Origin: Nitrospirota bacterium
Lineage (GTDB): Bacteria; Nitrospirota; Thermodesulfovibrionia; Thermodesulfovibrionales; Dissulfurispiraceae
Assembly (NCBI GenBank): GCA_963790025.1
Contig: CAWBMP010000005.1
Span: forward strand, 224,001 to 288,000
DNA length: 64,000 bases
Direction: 5' to 3'
Part shown: positions 11,883 to 22,180 of the stretch, in pieces
Numbering within the stretch: the first letter of the stretch is position 1
How the letters are laid out: every line of letters begins with the position of its first letter
Notes under the pieces: generated by a model
What the model saw: only the letters and a program-made list of their open reading frames with translations
Told to the model about the DNA's origin: nothing
The model's database searches: none
Translations under genes and position numbers: made by a program

Positions 11883-11967
11883 GCAAAGACTAAGGTATAG
11901 GTAAAGGTAAAGGTAAAGAAAGGCATGGAAATTTTGTTTGGCTAAAACTTTACCTCTGCCTATACCT
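11881..11967. repeat. Hexamer-periodic inverted repeat element, homologous to the nuoH-nuoI copy
   Basis: AGGTAAAGGTAAAGGTAAAG arm and CTTTACCTCTGCCTATACCT arm; about 55 nt align with 11309-11364. Confidence 0.75.
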
Positions 11968-11985
11968 GCTTTTGAGGGGGGTTTC

Positions 11986-12540
11986 ATGAACGATCTGTTT
12001 TACGTATCCGCTGCGGTGGCGGTCATTGCGACAGCTATGGCAATTACAAAACTTAATGCCGTGCATGCATTGCTATATCTGATCATTTCGCTGCTGGCAG
12101 TGGCGCTGGTCTTTCTTTCACTCGGAGCGCCTTTTGTAGCTGCGCTCGAAGTGATTATTTATGCAGGCGCCATAATGGTGCTTTTCGTATTTGTCATCAT
12201 GATGCTTAATCTTGGCCCGGAACAAGTTGCACGTGAAAGGAAATACTTCGGCTCCTCGGCCCGGCCTTCAGTGTGGCCCACAGCCACAGCCTGGATAGGC
12301 CCTATGGTTATGGCAGGTATACTAATTGCCGAACTCTTCTTTGCGTTTGTACGCGGCGGAGGGCAGGTGGCCGGTGCTGTCATTATCGGGCCGAAGCAGA
12401 CCGGCATAGCCCTTTACAGCACCTACCTGATCGGCGTCGAATTGGCATCGATGCTTTTGCTCTCCGGCCTGATCGGGGCCTGCCATCTGGGACGACGCGA
12501 TAGTAATAGCAACACCGTACAGAGCAGGGGAGGACAATAA
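11986..12540 (+). CDS. nuoJ: NADH-quinone oxidoreductase subunit J
   Basis: [31 protein letters not shown] after GAGGGGG RBS. Confidence 0.93.
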   Translation: MNDLFYVSAAVAVIATAMAITKLNAVHALLYLIISLLAVALVFLSLGAPFVAALEVIIYAGAIMVLFVFVIMMLNLGPEQVARERKYFGSSARPSVWPTATAWIGPMVMAGILIAELFFAFVRGGGQVAGAVIIGPKQTGIALYSTYLIGVELASMLLLSGLIGACHLGRRDSNSNTVQSRGGQ

Positions 12541-12544
12541 CATA

Positions 12545-12853
12545 ATGACTGCTGTTCCTATGGAACATGGCCTCATCCTTGCGGGAGTGCTTTTTGTACT
12601 GGGCCTTTTAGGGGTGCTGGTACGGCGTTCAATCATTTTTATGCTGCTTTCCATAGAAATCATGTTGAATGCCGCCGGTCTCGCCTTTGTAGTTGCCGGG
12701 TCGCGGTGGCGGCAGCCTGACGGACAGGTGATGTTTATCTTTATCCTCGCAATGGCGGCAGCTGAAGTATCTGTGGGACTGGCCCTTACGCTGCAGATGC
12801 ACCACAAACTTAAGACGCTGGATACCGATGCGGCCGACCGGATGAAAGGATGA
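12545..12853 (+). CDS. nuoK: NADH-quinone oxidoreductase subunit K
   Basis: [22 protein letters not shown]. Confidence 0.95.
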   Translation: MTAVPMEHGLILAGVLFVLGLLGVLVRRSIIFMLLSIEIMLNAAGLAFVVAGSRWRQPDGQVMFIFILAMAAAEVSVGLALTLQMHHKLKTLDTDAADRMKG

Positions 12854-12862
12854 GAGACTGAT

Positions 12863-14767
12863 ATGAATGTAACACTCTGGCCGATATTATGGTTGGTCCC
12901 GGCACTGCCCTTCGCAGGGTTTTTACTCCTCGCGTTGGCAGGCAGAAACCTCCCGCGCAATGCAATTGCGGTGATCGGCGCAGGTTCGGTCGGGCTTTCG
13001 ATGGCAACTGTTTTTTTCACCGGCTTCTCATTCATCACTGGTCCACCCTGGACACATGTTTATGTGCAAGTGCTCTGGACGTGGCTTGACGTGGCGGGTT
13101 TCAGCCCGGGGATTGCCTTTTACCTCGATGCATTATCGCTTGTCATGGTGGTTGTCATAACCTTCATCGGTTTTCTTATACATATCTATTCAGCCGCATT
13201 TATGAGAGAAGAAGAAGGGTACGCGCGTTTTTTTGCATACATGAATCTTTTTGTCGGCTCTATGCTGACCCTTGTGCTCGCGGATAATCTGCTGCTGCTC
13301 TATCTTGGATGGGAGGGAGTGGGCCTTTGCAGTTATCTCCTTATAGGGTTCTGGTACAAAGACGGGGCCAATGGTTATGCCGCGCGCAAGGCGTTTGTGG
13401 TGACACGTGTGGGCGATTCATCTTTCGCAATAGGCCTTTTCCTGCTTTTTTCCAATCTGGGGACCTTGCAGATACAGGAACTCATGTATCGCGCGGGGCA
13501 GCAGTGGGCGCCCGGCTCAGTTCTCGCCGTTGCTGCAGCCGCCCTGCTTCTCGGCGGCGCAGTGGGAAAATCAGCCCAGCTTCCGCTCCAGACATGGCTC
13601 CCCGATGCGATGGCCGGGCCGACCCCGGTGAGCGCACTTATCCATGCAGCAACGATGGTTACAGCGGGAGTGTATCTGATTGCCCGGACCCATACGCTGT
13701 TTGCGCTCGCTCCTGTCGTGCAAACGGCAGTCGCCGTAATCGGCGCCGTGACGTTGCTGCTTGCCGGTTTCAGCGCACTTGTTCAGAGTGACCTAAAGCG
13801 GGTGCTCGCATATTCGACTATGAGCCAGATCGGCTATATGTTCCTTGCGCTCGGAGTCGGGGCCTGGTCGGCAGCCATTTTCCACTTCATGACTCACGCC
13901 TTCTTCAAGGCCCTTCTCTTCCTGGGTGCAGGCATGGTCATCATAAGCCTTCGCGATGAACACAATATGTTCAAAATGGGCGGGCTCCGAGTTCAGCTCC
14001 CCCTCGTATTCTGGACCTTCCTGATGGGCGCTTTGTCGCTATCGGCTCTGCCGCTTGTCACCGCGGGTTTCTACAGCAAGGATTTGATCTTATGGGAGGT
14101 ATGGTCTTCAAAGGCAGGGGGGCCCTGGTTGTGGGCCGCCGGCGTGGCAGGGGCACTGTTGACTTCTCTATATAGCTTCCGGATGGTGTTCCTTACTTTC
14201 TACGGTGAGGCTAAAACCTTGGTGAGCGGCAAACCGGGAATGCTTATGTCCGTGCCGGTTATTATACTTGCCGTTCTCTCTGCGGCAGGAGGTTTTGTCG
14301 AGCTGCCTTCCGGTATGGGTGGACTGCATTTTTTTACCGGGTTTATGAACTCGGCACTGCCGGCAGTGCAAAGTGTCGGCAATAGGATGGCGGGTGAATC
14401 AATTCTGCAGATAATTACAGGCATGGTGTCTGTTGCAGGCATTGTGCTGGCATGGTTTCTTTTTTTGAGATCGCCACGTTACTTGGCGATACTTGCACAG
14501 TCCAGGTTCGGAACGCTTGTGCACCGTCTATGGTACGCAGGGTGGGGCTTTGACTGGATATACGATACATTTATTGTAAGGCCATTTGTATGGGCGGCAA
14601 AAGTGAACAGGGACGATTTTATCGATCTTATTTACCTCGGGGTCATCTGGACCAGCAGGGGCCTCAACCGGTCCCTCACAGTCACACAGTCCGGGAAGGT
14701 GAGGTGGTATGTGGCGGGCATTGCCGGAGGAGCAATAGTGATTTTGGGAATTGTGGTGTTCTCATGA
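12863..14767 (+). CDS. nuoL: NADH-quinone oxidoreductase subunit L
   Basis: WEGVGLCSYLLIGFW, GKSAQLPLQTWLPDAMAGPTPVSALIH, HAFFKALLF. Confidence 0.96.
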   Translation: MNVTLWPILWLVPALPFAGFLLLALAGRNLPRNAIAVIGAGSVGLSMATVFFTGFSFITGPPWTHVYVQVLWTWLDVAGFSPGIAFYLDALSLVMVVVITFIGFLIHIYSAAFMREEEGYARFFAYMNLFVGSMLTLVLADNLLLLYLGWEGVGLCSYLLIGFWYKDGANGYAARKAFVVTRVGDSSFAIGLFLLFSNLGTLQIQELMYRAGQQWAPGSVLAVAAAALLLGGAVGKSAQLPLQTWLPDAMAGPTPVSALIHAATMVTAGVYLIARTHTLFALAPVVQTAVAVIGAVTLLLAGFSALVQSDLKRVLAYSTMSQIGYMFLALGVGAWSAAIFHFMTHAFFKALLFLGAGMVIISLRDEHNMFKMGGLRVQLPLVFWTFLMGALSLSALPLVTAGFYSKDLILWEVWSSKAGGPWLWAAGVAGALLTSLYSFRMVFLTFYGEAKTLVSGKPGMLMSVPVIILAVLSAAGGFVELPSGMGGLHFFTGFMNSALPAVQSVGNRMAGESILQIITGMVSVAGIVLAWFLFLRSPRYLAILAQSRFGTLVHRLWYAGWGFDWIYDTFIVRPFVWAAKVNRDDFIDLIYLGVIWTSRGLNRSLTVTQSGKVRWYVAGIAGGAIVILGIVVFS

Positions 14768-16341
14768 TACTGATATGGTTTATTCTGCTTCCCCTTACAG
14801 GTGGCGTGGCAGCCTGGTTAACAGGGCGCCTTAATCCCGTGCTATCACGCTGGGTGGCGCTTATCGCTCTTATGTCGACCTTTGCTCTTGCGTCCGTAAT
14901 ATGTGTGCAAAGTGCAGGCATCATCGATATCATAGGCGGGGGTGCAGGCGGGGCCCCCGGAAAATCGGAGATTTTTTGGGGCGGAGGAACCTGGCTTTAT
15001 GATCTGCACTACGAATGGATACCCCAGTTGGGTATAAGTTTCCATCTGGCAATGGATGGACTGAGCCTTTTGCTTCTGCTGCTCAGTTCTTTTTTAGGCA
15101 TCATGTCGGTGGCGGCTTCATGGACCGAGATTAAGGACAGGACCGGGTTTTTTCACTTGCAATTGCTGCTGGTACTTGCCGGTATAAACGGAGTTTTTCT
15201 TGCAATTGACCTCTTTGTTTTTTATTTTTTCTGGGAGCTGATGCTGGTGCCGATGTACTTTCTGATTGACCTGTGGGGGCATGAGAACCGGCATTATGCG
15301 GCAGTCAAATTTTTTGTGTTCACACAGGTCAGCGGCTTATTGATGCTGATTTCCATACTCGGGCTTTATTTTATTCATGGAGCGGCCACCGGCATATATA
15401 CTTTTGACTATATGGAACTGCTCCGCCACCAGTTGAAAGGAGGCGCTTCATTATGGCTGATGCTCGGTTTCTTTATTGCCTTCGCAGTGAAGCTCCCTGT
15501 GGCTGGTGTTCACACCTGGCTTCCGGATGCGCACACTGAGGCCCCTACCGCCGGAAGCGTTATACTTGCCGGGTTGCTTTTAAAAACCGGGGCTTATGGA
15601 TTGCTCCGCTTTGTTATTCCCTTATTTCCGGCAGCCTCTTACGATTTTGCCCCGGTTGCGATGATACTGGCAGTTGTCGGCATCCTCTATGGAGCAGTCA
15701 TGGCATTTGCACAAGTCGATCTCAAACGCCTTGTAGCTTATACCAGCGTCAGTCATATGGGATTCGTGCTTCTCGGTATATATGCGGGGAATGTGCTCTC
15801 AATGCAGGGCGCGGTGATGCAGATCATCTGCCACGGAGTCAGTACCGGTGCACTATTCATTATCGTGGGTGCCCTCCAGGAGCGCATCCATACCCGTGAT
15901 ATGAGCGCCATGGGGGCACTGTGGTCAACGGTGCCTCGCATGGGTGCTGTCGCCCTTTTCTTTGCCCTGGCGTCCCTGGGGCTCCCCGGTCTCGGAAATT
16001 TCATCGGCGAATTTCTCGTGCTTCTCGGGGCCTACCCTGTTAACAGCGTCATTACCTGTATTGCCTCGACCGGGTTTGTCGGCGCAGTAGTATATTCATT
16101 GTGGATGATTCAGTGTGTCTTTCAGGGGCCGGCGAATGCAACACATAAGTGGCAGCCGCCTGACTTTGCCTTTCGTGAAATGGCAGTAATGGGAGTGATG
16201 ATGTTTGTGCTCTTATGGCTCGGACTTTATCCGCAGCCTGTGTTTGATATCGCAAAGAGGCCCATAGAGAATATACGGCTTACCGGTCAGCTAAAAAATC
16301 CTCCTGCGCTGGTGGATGTCCGCAATGGAGGCAGACAATGA
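14764..16341 (+). CDS. nuoM: NADH-quinone oxidoreductase subunit M
   Basis: FFWELMLVPMY, HTWLPDAHTEAP, KRLVAYTSVSHMG, GLPGLGNFIGE; ATG overlaps nuoL stop. Confidence 0.95.
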   Translation: MILIWFILLPLTGGVAAWLTGRLNPVLSRWVALIALMSTFALASVICVQSAGIIDIIGGGAGGAPGKSEIFWGGGTWLYDLHYEWIPQLGISFHLAMDGLSLLLLLLSSFLGIMSVAASWTEIKDRTGFFHLQLLLVLAGINGVFLAIDLFVFYFFWELMLVPMYFLIDLWGHENRHYAAVKFFVFTQVSGLLMLISILGLYFIHGAATGIYTFDYMELLRHQLKGGASLWLMLGFFIAFAVKLPVAGVHTWLPDAHTEAPTAGSVILAGLLLKTGAYGLLRFVIPLFPAASYDFAPVAMILAVVGILYGAVMAFAQVDLKRLVAYTSVSHMGFVLLGIYAGNVLSMQGAVMQIICHGVSTGALFIIVGALQERIHTRDMSAMGALWSTVPRMGAVALFFALASLGLPGLGNFIGEFLVLLGAYPVNSVITCIASTGFVGAVVYSLWMIQCVFQGPANATHKWQPPDFAFREMAVMGVMMFVLLWLGLYPQPVFDIAKRPIENIRLTGQLKNPPALVDVRNGGRQ

Positions 16342-17807
16342 GTCCTGCCGATCTTACAGCCTTATTGCCGCTCATAGCATTGGCTGCTGCTTCGGTTATT
16401 GTTATGATGGTCATAGCATTCTATCGGGACCATAGGATGACTGCTGCATTGACAATGGCGGGCCTGGTCATTGCATTTTTAATGCTGTGGAAAACGTCAT
16501 CGATGCTGCCGCGCCAGGCAACGCCGCTTATTCTTCTCGACCGTTACGCCTTTTTCTATATGGGACTGATTTTCATAGCGAGTTTTTTTGTGGCCGCACT
16601 TTCATACGGATACTTCGAGCACCGTCCCGGAAGACACGAAGAGTTTTATGTTCTCCTGCTCTTCGCAACCCTGGGTTCAGCAGTGCTTGCTGCGAGCAGC
16701 CATTTCATCTCCTTTTTTCTGGGACTGGAACTGCTCGGCATATCTCTTTATTCCCTGATCGCCTATCAGCGCACCGATGAGTGCGGTAATGAGGCAGGCA
16801 TGAAGTATCTCATTCTTGCCGCTGTCTCGTCATCTTTTTTGCTTTTCGGCATGGCGCTGGTTTATGCACAAATGGGAACTATGCAGTTTGCCCGAATTGC
16901 AGAGGAGTCTGCCGTATATATAGCATCATCGACATCATCGTTGCCGCTACTTGCCGGCTTCGCGTTTATAATCGTAGGGGTGGGCTTCAAACTTGCGGTG
17001 GTCCCCTTTCACATGTGGTCACCGGATGTTTACGAAGGCGCCCCTGCACCGGTCAGCGCGTTTATAGCAACTGTCTCAAAGGGCGCCGTGTTCGCATTGA
17101 TGCTGCGCTATTTTACTGTGGTAACCCTTCATCAATTCCCGGCTATTGTTAGTGTGATAACCGCTGTTGCAGTGGCATCCATGCTGATCGGCAATCTTCT
17201 GGCATTGGTCCAGGACAATATCAAACGCATTCTTGCCTATTCGTCCATTGCACATTTGGGATATGTACTGGTAGCCTTACTTGCGGGTGGAGCGGAGTCG
17301 GTGACTGCGGTATGTTACTATTTGGCCGCTTACTTTGTGACCATTATGGGTGCTTTTGGGATTGTTTCCGTAATTTCCTCATCCCCGGGCAGCAGGAGGG
17401 ACAGGGATGCAGATTCACTCGACGAGTACCGTGGCATGGCATGGCGCAGGCCGTGGGTGGCCGGAATGTTCACACTGGTACTGCTTTCGCTGGCAGGCAT
17501 TCCGCTGACCGCCGGATTCATCGGTAAGTTTTATGTAATCGCAGCCGGAGCCCACTCAACTTTATGGCTGCTGCTGGTAGTGCTTGCTATTAGCAGTTCC
17601 ATAGGACTCTATTATTATCTGCGCATCATTACTGTTTTGTATGCGGAAATGCCCGAAAGGCAGGGGACGCCCGCTGCGGTAGCGCGATTATCTGCAAGCG
17701 GGGGGACGGCCCTGGCCGTGCTTGCACTGCTGCTGATCTGGCTGGGGGTATATCCTTCGCCGCTTATACAGCTCATAAAAGCAACGGCAGCTCATCTTAT
17801 TCACTAA
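16338..17807 (+). CDS. nuoN: NADH-quinone oxidoreductase subunit N
   Basis: EAGMKY, FKLAVVPFHMWSPDVYEGAP, KRILAYSSIAH, SLAGIPLTAGFIGK. Confidence 0.95.
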   Translation: MSPADLTALLPLIALAAASVIVMMVIAFYRDHRMTAALTMAGLVIAFLMLWKTSSMLPRQATPLILLDRYAFFYMGLIFIASFFVAALSYGYFEHRPGRHEEFYVLLLFATLGSAVLAASSHFISFFLGLELLGISLYSLIAYQRTDECGNEAGMKYLILAAVSSSFLLFGMALVYAQMGTMQFARIAEESAVYIASSTSSLPLLAGFAFIIVGVGFKLAVVPFHMWSPDVYEGAPAPVSAFIATVSKGAVFALMLRYFTVVTLHQFPAIVSVITAVAVASMLIGNLLALVQDNIKRILAYSSIAHLGYVLVALLAGGAESVTAVCYYLAAYFVTIMGAFGIVSVISSSPGSRRDRDADSLDEYRGMAWRRPWVAGMFTLVLLSLAGIPLTAGFIGKFYVIAAGAHSTLWLLLVVLAISSSIGLYYYLRIITVLYAEMPERQGTPAAVARLSASGGTALAVLALLLIWLGVYPSPLIQLIKATAAHLIH

Positions 17808-17846
17808 GAGCAGCAAATAGCATTTTGCTATTTCTAACCGACATCT

Positions 17847-18809
17847 TCAGGGGATGAGTACTATTTTACCGTAGGCGGTTGTTTCCATAATTTCGTGATG
17901 TGCACGGGCGGCTTCGGCTAAAGGGATTTCCCTTCCCACGACCGGGCGCAGGGTGTTGTTTTGCAGTCCGGCCGCGAGTGCCGCATGAATACTGGTCAAC
18001 TGGTGTTCCCCGGCATTCAGGATACTCATTCCCAGAATCGCGGCATTGGACCTCATGGCATAGCGGGGGTCTATCTCTACTGTGCCCCGGCTGCCAATTA
18101 TAACAACCCTGCCGCCGAATGCCAGAGTACCAAGGTCTTTTGCGAGGTTGACATCGGCAAGCATTTCCAGTATGACATCGACGCCTCTGCCGCCGGTTAT
18201 TGCGCGTACCTGCTCCATATGGCCGGGGGCCTTGTGATCGACAACGTGATGTGCCCCTTGCTTTGCCGCGAGTTCCCGTCCCTGCACGGAACTGCTAGTC
18301 CCTATGACGGTCATTCCGGCATTATGTGCAAGCTGCACTGCGGCGAGGCCGACAGCGCCGCTGGCCCCGTGGACAAGAACGGTCTCGCCTGCGAGGGCAT
18401 GGGCCCTGAAGAAAAGGGCATAATATGCCGTGGCATACGGTATGTTTACTCCAGCGCCCTGAGTGAACGACACATTAGAAGGAAGCCTGTGCACCCGGGA
18501 CTCCATGCATAGTGTTTTTTCAGAATACGTCCCGCTGAGCGATCCTGCAACATAAACCCTTTCCCCCACTGTTACGCCGGTTACTTTTTCGCCTATAGAT
18601 TCGATAACGCCGGATGCATCCATACCTGGAGTGTACGGGAGGTCCGGCTTTAAAGCATACTGCCCCGATCTTATATACGTATCGACGGGGTTGACCCCGG
18701 CAGCATGCACTTTCACAATAACCTGAGAGGGCCCCGGTACAGGTTCGGGAATTTTCTCCATTCGCATGACTTCCGGACTGCCGAAAACATGGACCCTGAT
18801 CGCTTGCAT
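17847..18809 (-). CDS. qor: NADPH:quinone reductase (zeta-crystallin/MDR family)
   Basis: GVNPVD, PYTPG, VLVHGASGAVG, C-terminal GKIVL. Confidence 0.88.
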   Translation of the reverse strand: MQAIRVHVFGSPEVMRMEKIPEPVPGPSQVIVKVHAAGVNPVDTYIRSGQYALKPDLPYTPGMDASGVIESIGEKVTGVTVGERVYVAGSLSGTYSEKTLCMESRVHRLPSNVSFTQGAGVNIPYATAYYALFFRAHALAGETVLVHGASGAVGLAAVQLAHNAGMTVIGTSSSVQGRELAAKQGAHHVVDHKAPGHMEQVRAITGGRGVDVILEMLADVNLAKDLGTLAFGGRVVIIGSRGTVEIDPRYAMRSNAAILGMSILNAGEHQLTSIHAALAAGLQNNTLRPVVGREIPLAEAARAHHEIMETTAYGKIVLIP

Positions 18810-18841
18810 ATGGCCCTCCTATAACCCACCGTCTGTGCTTA

Positions 18842-18876
18842 TTGACAAAATGTCTGAGGCTGATATAATTATATCA
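18842..18876 (+). promoter_or_regulatory. Sigma70 promoter for the tkt operon with an overlapping 16-bp palindrome
   Basis: TTGACA (18842-18847), 16 bp, TATAAT (18864-18869) preceded by TGn; TGATATAATTATATCA at 18861-18876. Confidence 0.7.
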
Positions 18877-18942
18877 CCACAATGGGTATTTCGCATCTGA
18901 TACTCTGAATCTTTGACAATTAAAGACATAATGAGGTGTCCA

Positions 18943-20808
18943 ATGAAAGTCGACGGGAAAAGCATTCAAGGTTTTGAGGCTGAAACAATTCAGCTTGAAA
19001 AGCTTGCCAAACTGGTCCGCTACTTTATACTTACTTCTACTACAGAAGCCGGCTCCGGCCATCCGACTTCCTCATTGTCGGCTGCTGATTTGATCACGGG
19101 CCTTATGTTCCGGGGATTTTTCAGGTACGATAGCGAAAGCCCTGATCATCCCAACAACGACCGGCTGATCTTCTCGAAAGGCCACGCATCACCGCTTCTT
19201 TATTCCTTATGGACTGTGGCGGGAAAAATAAGCGAACAGGAATTGATGACGTACAGGAAATTCGGCAGCACGCTGGAGGGTCATCCTACCGTCAGTTTCC
19301 GGTATGCTGAGGCGGCAACGGGCTCGTTGGGACAAGGACTCTCTATCGGAGCGGGCATGGCATTGAACGCCAAATATCTTGACAAGCTTCCCTATCGGAC
19401 TTACGTACTTCTCGGCGACAGCGAGATGGCGGAAGGCTCGCAATGGGAGGCAATGCAGTTAGCCGCTCATTACGGGCTCAATAATCTTACCGGCATTCTT
19501 GATGTTAACCGGTTGGGACAGCGCGGTGAAACGATGTACGGCCATGATCTGGAGGCTTATGCATCGAGAATTGCTTCATTCGGCTGGGAAACGATTATTA
19601 TAGACGGTCATAATTTCGATGAGATACTGCTGGCTTATGACAGGGCCCTGAAGAGCATGGATAAGCCGGTGATGATCATTGCCAGGACTATCAAAGGGAA
19701 GGGTGTGCCTTTCGTGGAAGATAAAAACGGATGGCATGGGAAAACATTGAGCAGGGAACAGCTCGATCAGGCACTCAAGGATTTAGGGCCCATAGATACC
19801 TCATTGAGGGGTGAAATATCCAAACCCGAAGACCTCCATCCCGAAAGCCGCTCCTCAGGTAACGCCGGACTGCTCTCATACGAGGATGGAAAGCCCGTTG
19901 CAACTAGAAGGGCTTACGGAAATGCGCTGAAGAGGATATTCCCCCAGTTCCCGGATATAGTAGTGCTCGACGCGGAAGTGAGCAATTCAACATATTCTGA
20001 ATTTTTCAGGGATGCATACCCAGATCGTTTTTTCGAGATGTACATTGCCGAGCAGAATATGGTCGGCGCGGCATTGGGTCTCACTTGCAGGGGGAAAATC
20101 CCCTTTGTATCAACCTTCGCTGCGTTCTTCACCCGTGCCTTTGACCAGATCAGAATGATACAGTATTCTGAGTCGAACATAAAATTCAGCGGGTCCCATG
20201 CCGGTGTATCCATTGGACAGGACGGGCCTTCCCAAATGGGTCTCGAGGATATCGCCATGTTCAGGTCGGTGCTGAACAGTGTAGTGCTGTATCCTTGTGA
20301 TGCGATCTCCACCGAGAAGCTGGTGGAAGAGGCCGCGCGGCATAAAGGAATGGTCTATATACGCACCACAAGAGAAAATACCCCTCTTGTATATGGCCCT
20401 CATGAGGAATTCCCCATCGGAAAGTGCAAGGTGCTGAGGCCCTGCGTCAATAGTTGTATCGTTGTCATCGCTGCAGGTGTGACGGTATTTGAAGCGCTTC
20501 GCGCCTATGAGGAACTTGCAAAAGAAGGCATTTTTATCGGGGTCATCGATCTTTACTGCATAAAGCCCATCGACAGCGGGGAGCTTAAACGGGCAATAGG
20601 CGGGTGCAGGACAGTCATAACCGTAGAAGACCATCACGAGGAGGGCGGTATCGGCGAGGCTGTCAGAAGCGCTCTTGCCGGTGAACCGACACCGGTATAT
20701 TCTCTGGCTGTGCGTAAGATACCCAAAAGCGGAAAGCCGGAAGAGTTGCTTGAATACGAAGAAATTTCGAAGAACGCTATTGTAAAAAAAATAAGGGAGG
20801 TCATATGA
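18943..20808 (+). CDS. tkt: Transketolase
   Basis: SGHPTSS, FSKGHA, LEGHP, GSLGQG, GDSEMAEG...N ThDP motif, IAEQNMV; ATG after GAGGTG. Confidence 0.94.
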   Translation: MKVDGKSIQGFEAETIQLEKLAKLVRYFILTSTTEAGSGHPTSSLSAADLITGLMFRGFFRYDSESPDHPNNDRLIFSKGHASPLLYSLWTVAGKISEQELMTYRKFGSTLEGHPTVSFRYAEAATGSLGQGLSIGAGMALNAKYLDKLPYRTYVLLGDSEMAEGSQWEAMQLAAHYGLNNLTGILDVNRLGQRGETMYGHDLEAYASRIASFGWETIIIDGHNFDEILLAYDRALKSMDKPVMIIARTIKGKGVPFVEDKNGWHGKTLSREQLDQALKDLGPIDTSLRGEISKPEDLHPESRSSGNAGLLSYEDGKPVATRRAYGNALKRIFPQFPDIVVLDAEVSNSTYSEFFRDAYPDRFFEMYIAEQNMVGAALGLTCRGKIPFVSTFAAFFTRAFDQIRMIQYSESNIKFSGSHAGVSIGQDGPSQMGLEDIAMFRSVLNSVVLYPCDAISTEKLVEEAARHKGMVYIRTTRENTPLVYGPHEEFPIGKCKVLRPCVNSCIVVIAAGVTVFEALRAYEELAKEGIFIGVIDLYCIKPIDSGELKRAIGGCRTVITVEDHHEEGGIGEAVRSALAGEPTPVYSLAVRKIPKSGKPEELLEYEEISKNAIVKKIREVI

Positions 20809-21698
20809 GACCCCGGAATCTTAGGTCAAGAATATTTCTGGATGGCGGCGATGCCGGCGAGACCAAGGAAATTATAGGCATGCTCGGTTTTCTTGACGGG
20901 CAGACGACAAATCCGACCCTCATCTCTAAAAACCCGGGGGCCAAAGAGCGTCTTAAGAATGGGAGCAAATTCAGTGAACAAGAGATTTTCGATTTTTACA
21001 GGGGTGTTGTAAAGAATGTTTCCGCGTTGGTCCCCGAAGGGTCCGTCTCTGTTGAAGTGTATGCCGATCCGTCGACTGCCGCGGAAAAAATGCTGGCGAT
21101 GGGGAGAGAGATGTTTTCCTGGATACCCAATGCGCATATAAAGTTCCCCTCGTCGAAGGAAGGGCTTAAGGCCGCCGGGCAGGCGGTCAAAGAGGGACTC
21201 CGCGTCAATATGACGCTTTGCTTCACTCAGGAGCAGGCTGCCGCTGTTTATGCCGCAACGCTGGGCGCCAAAAGAGGCCAGGTGTTTGTGTCACCCTTTA
21301 TAGGAAGGCTTGATGATAGGGGCGAAAACGGAATGGACCTGATCGACAATATTTTAAAGATGTACCGCGGGGGCGACGGCCATGTGGAGGTCTTGACTGC
21401 AAGTGTGCGAAACATGGACCACTTTCTCTATGCGTTGAAACTCGGCTCCGACATCATTACGGCTCCGTATGAGATATTGAAGGAATGGGGGAAGGGCGGC
21501 CTGACTTTTCCTGATGACAGCTATAGATATAAAAGTGGAGGACTTAAAAGTATACCTTATAAAGATATAGATCTGTCGGCTGATTGGCATGAGTATGACA
21601 TTGCCGATGACCTGACGGTAAAGGGTATGGAAAAGTTCTCGAAAGACTGGAATGACCTCATAGCACAGCCTGCTGTAGCGCCGAAGCAGCCGGTATGA
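20805..21698 (+). CDS. tal: Transaldolase family protein
   Basis: FLDG, TTNPTL, catalytic IKFP, NMTLCF, SPFIGRLDD, ASVR. Confidence 0.9.
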   Translation: MRPRNLRSRIFLDGGDAGETKEIIGMLGFLDGQTTNPTLISKNPGAKERLKNGSKFSEQEIFDFYRGVVKNVSALVPEGSVSVEVYADPSTAAEKMLAMGREMFSWIPNAHIKFPSSKEGLKAAGQAVKEGLRVNMTLCFTQEQAAAVYAATLGAKRGQVFVSPFIGRLDDRGENGMDLIDNILKMYRGGDGHVEVLTASVRNMDHFLYALKLGSDIITAPYEILKEWGKGGLTFPDDSYRYKSGGLKSIPYKDIDLSADWHEYDIADDLTVKGMEKFSKDWNDLIAQPAVAPKQPV

Positions 21699-22150
21699 AG
21701 GTGGCTCTCGGAGCGGACCATGGAGGGTTTCTTTTTAAGAATATGATAGCCGCATTACTGGCTGAAAAGGGACACGAGGTGCTTGATTTTGGAGCGTCTT
21801 CGCCCGAACCCTCGGATTATCCCGATTATGCAAAGCTTGTTGCCGCGGCTATTCGGGAGGGTAAGGCGGAAAGGGGCATTCTTTTTTGCGGCAGCGGAGT
21901 GGGCATCTGTGTTGCTGCAAATAAATTTCCGGGTATAAGGGCCTGTTTATGCCATGATTCCTATTCCGCACACCAGGGAGTGGAGCACGACGATATGAAC
22001 GTGCTCTGTTTGGGTGAGCGGGTCATCGGACCCGAATTGGCGAAGGAAATAGTGCAGATCTTCCTTGCCGCACGATTTTCCGGTGCCGAGCGGCATGTGC
22101 GGAGGCTCGAAAAAGTCAGGGAGATAGAGCGGACTATTATGCACGTATGA
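21695..22150 (+). CDS. rpiB: Ribose 5-phosphate isomerase B
   Basis: ADHGG, DYPD, CGSGVG, ANK, RHVRR. Confidence 0.94.
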   Translation: MKVALGADHGGFLFKNMIAALLAEKGHEVLDFGASSPEPSDYPDYAKLVAAAIREGKAERGILFCGSGVGICVAANKFPGIRACLCHDSYSAHQGVEHDDMNVLCLGERVIGPELAKEIVQIFLAARFSGAERHVRRLEKVREIERTIMHV

Positions 22151-22180
22151 ACGCCATTTTCGGTGTACCTGGAGGCTGCC

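Noticed and set aside
11235..11967. CRISPR-like array
   Set aside because: Short tandem units without unique spacers; no cas genes in the window
11205..11987. 260-aa minus-strand ORF with LYLYL runs
   Set aside because: Product of hexamer repeats, nuoI antisense and the palindrome
14590..14763. Long upstream starts in the ORF track (nuoM, also nuoJ, lexA, acyl-CoA synthetase, LOG-like)
   Set aside because: Overlap upstream genes, repeats or promoters; downstream ATGs fit RBS or coupling better
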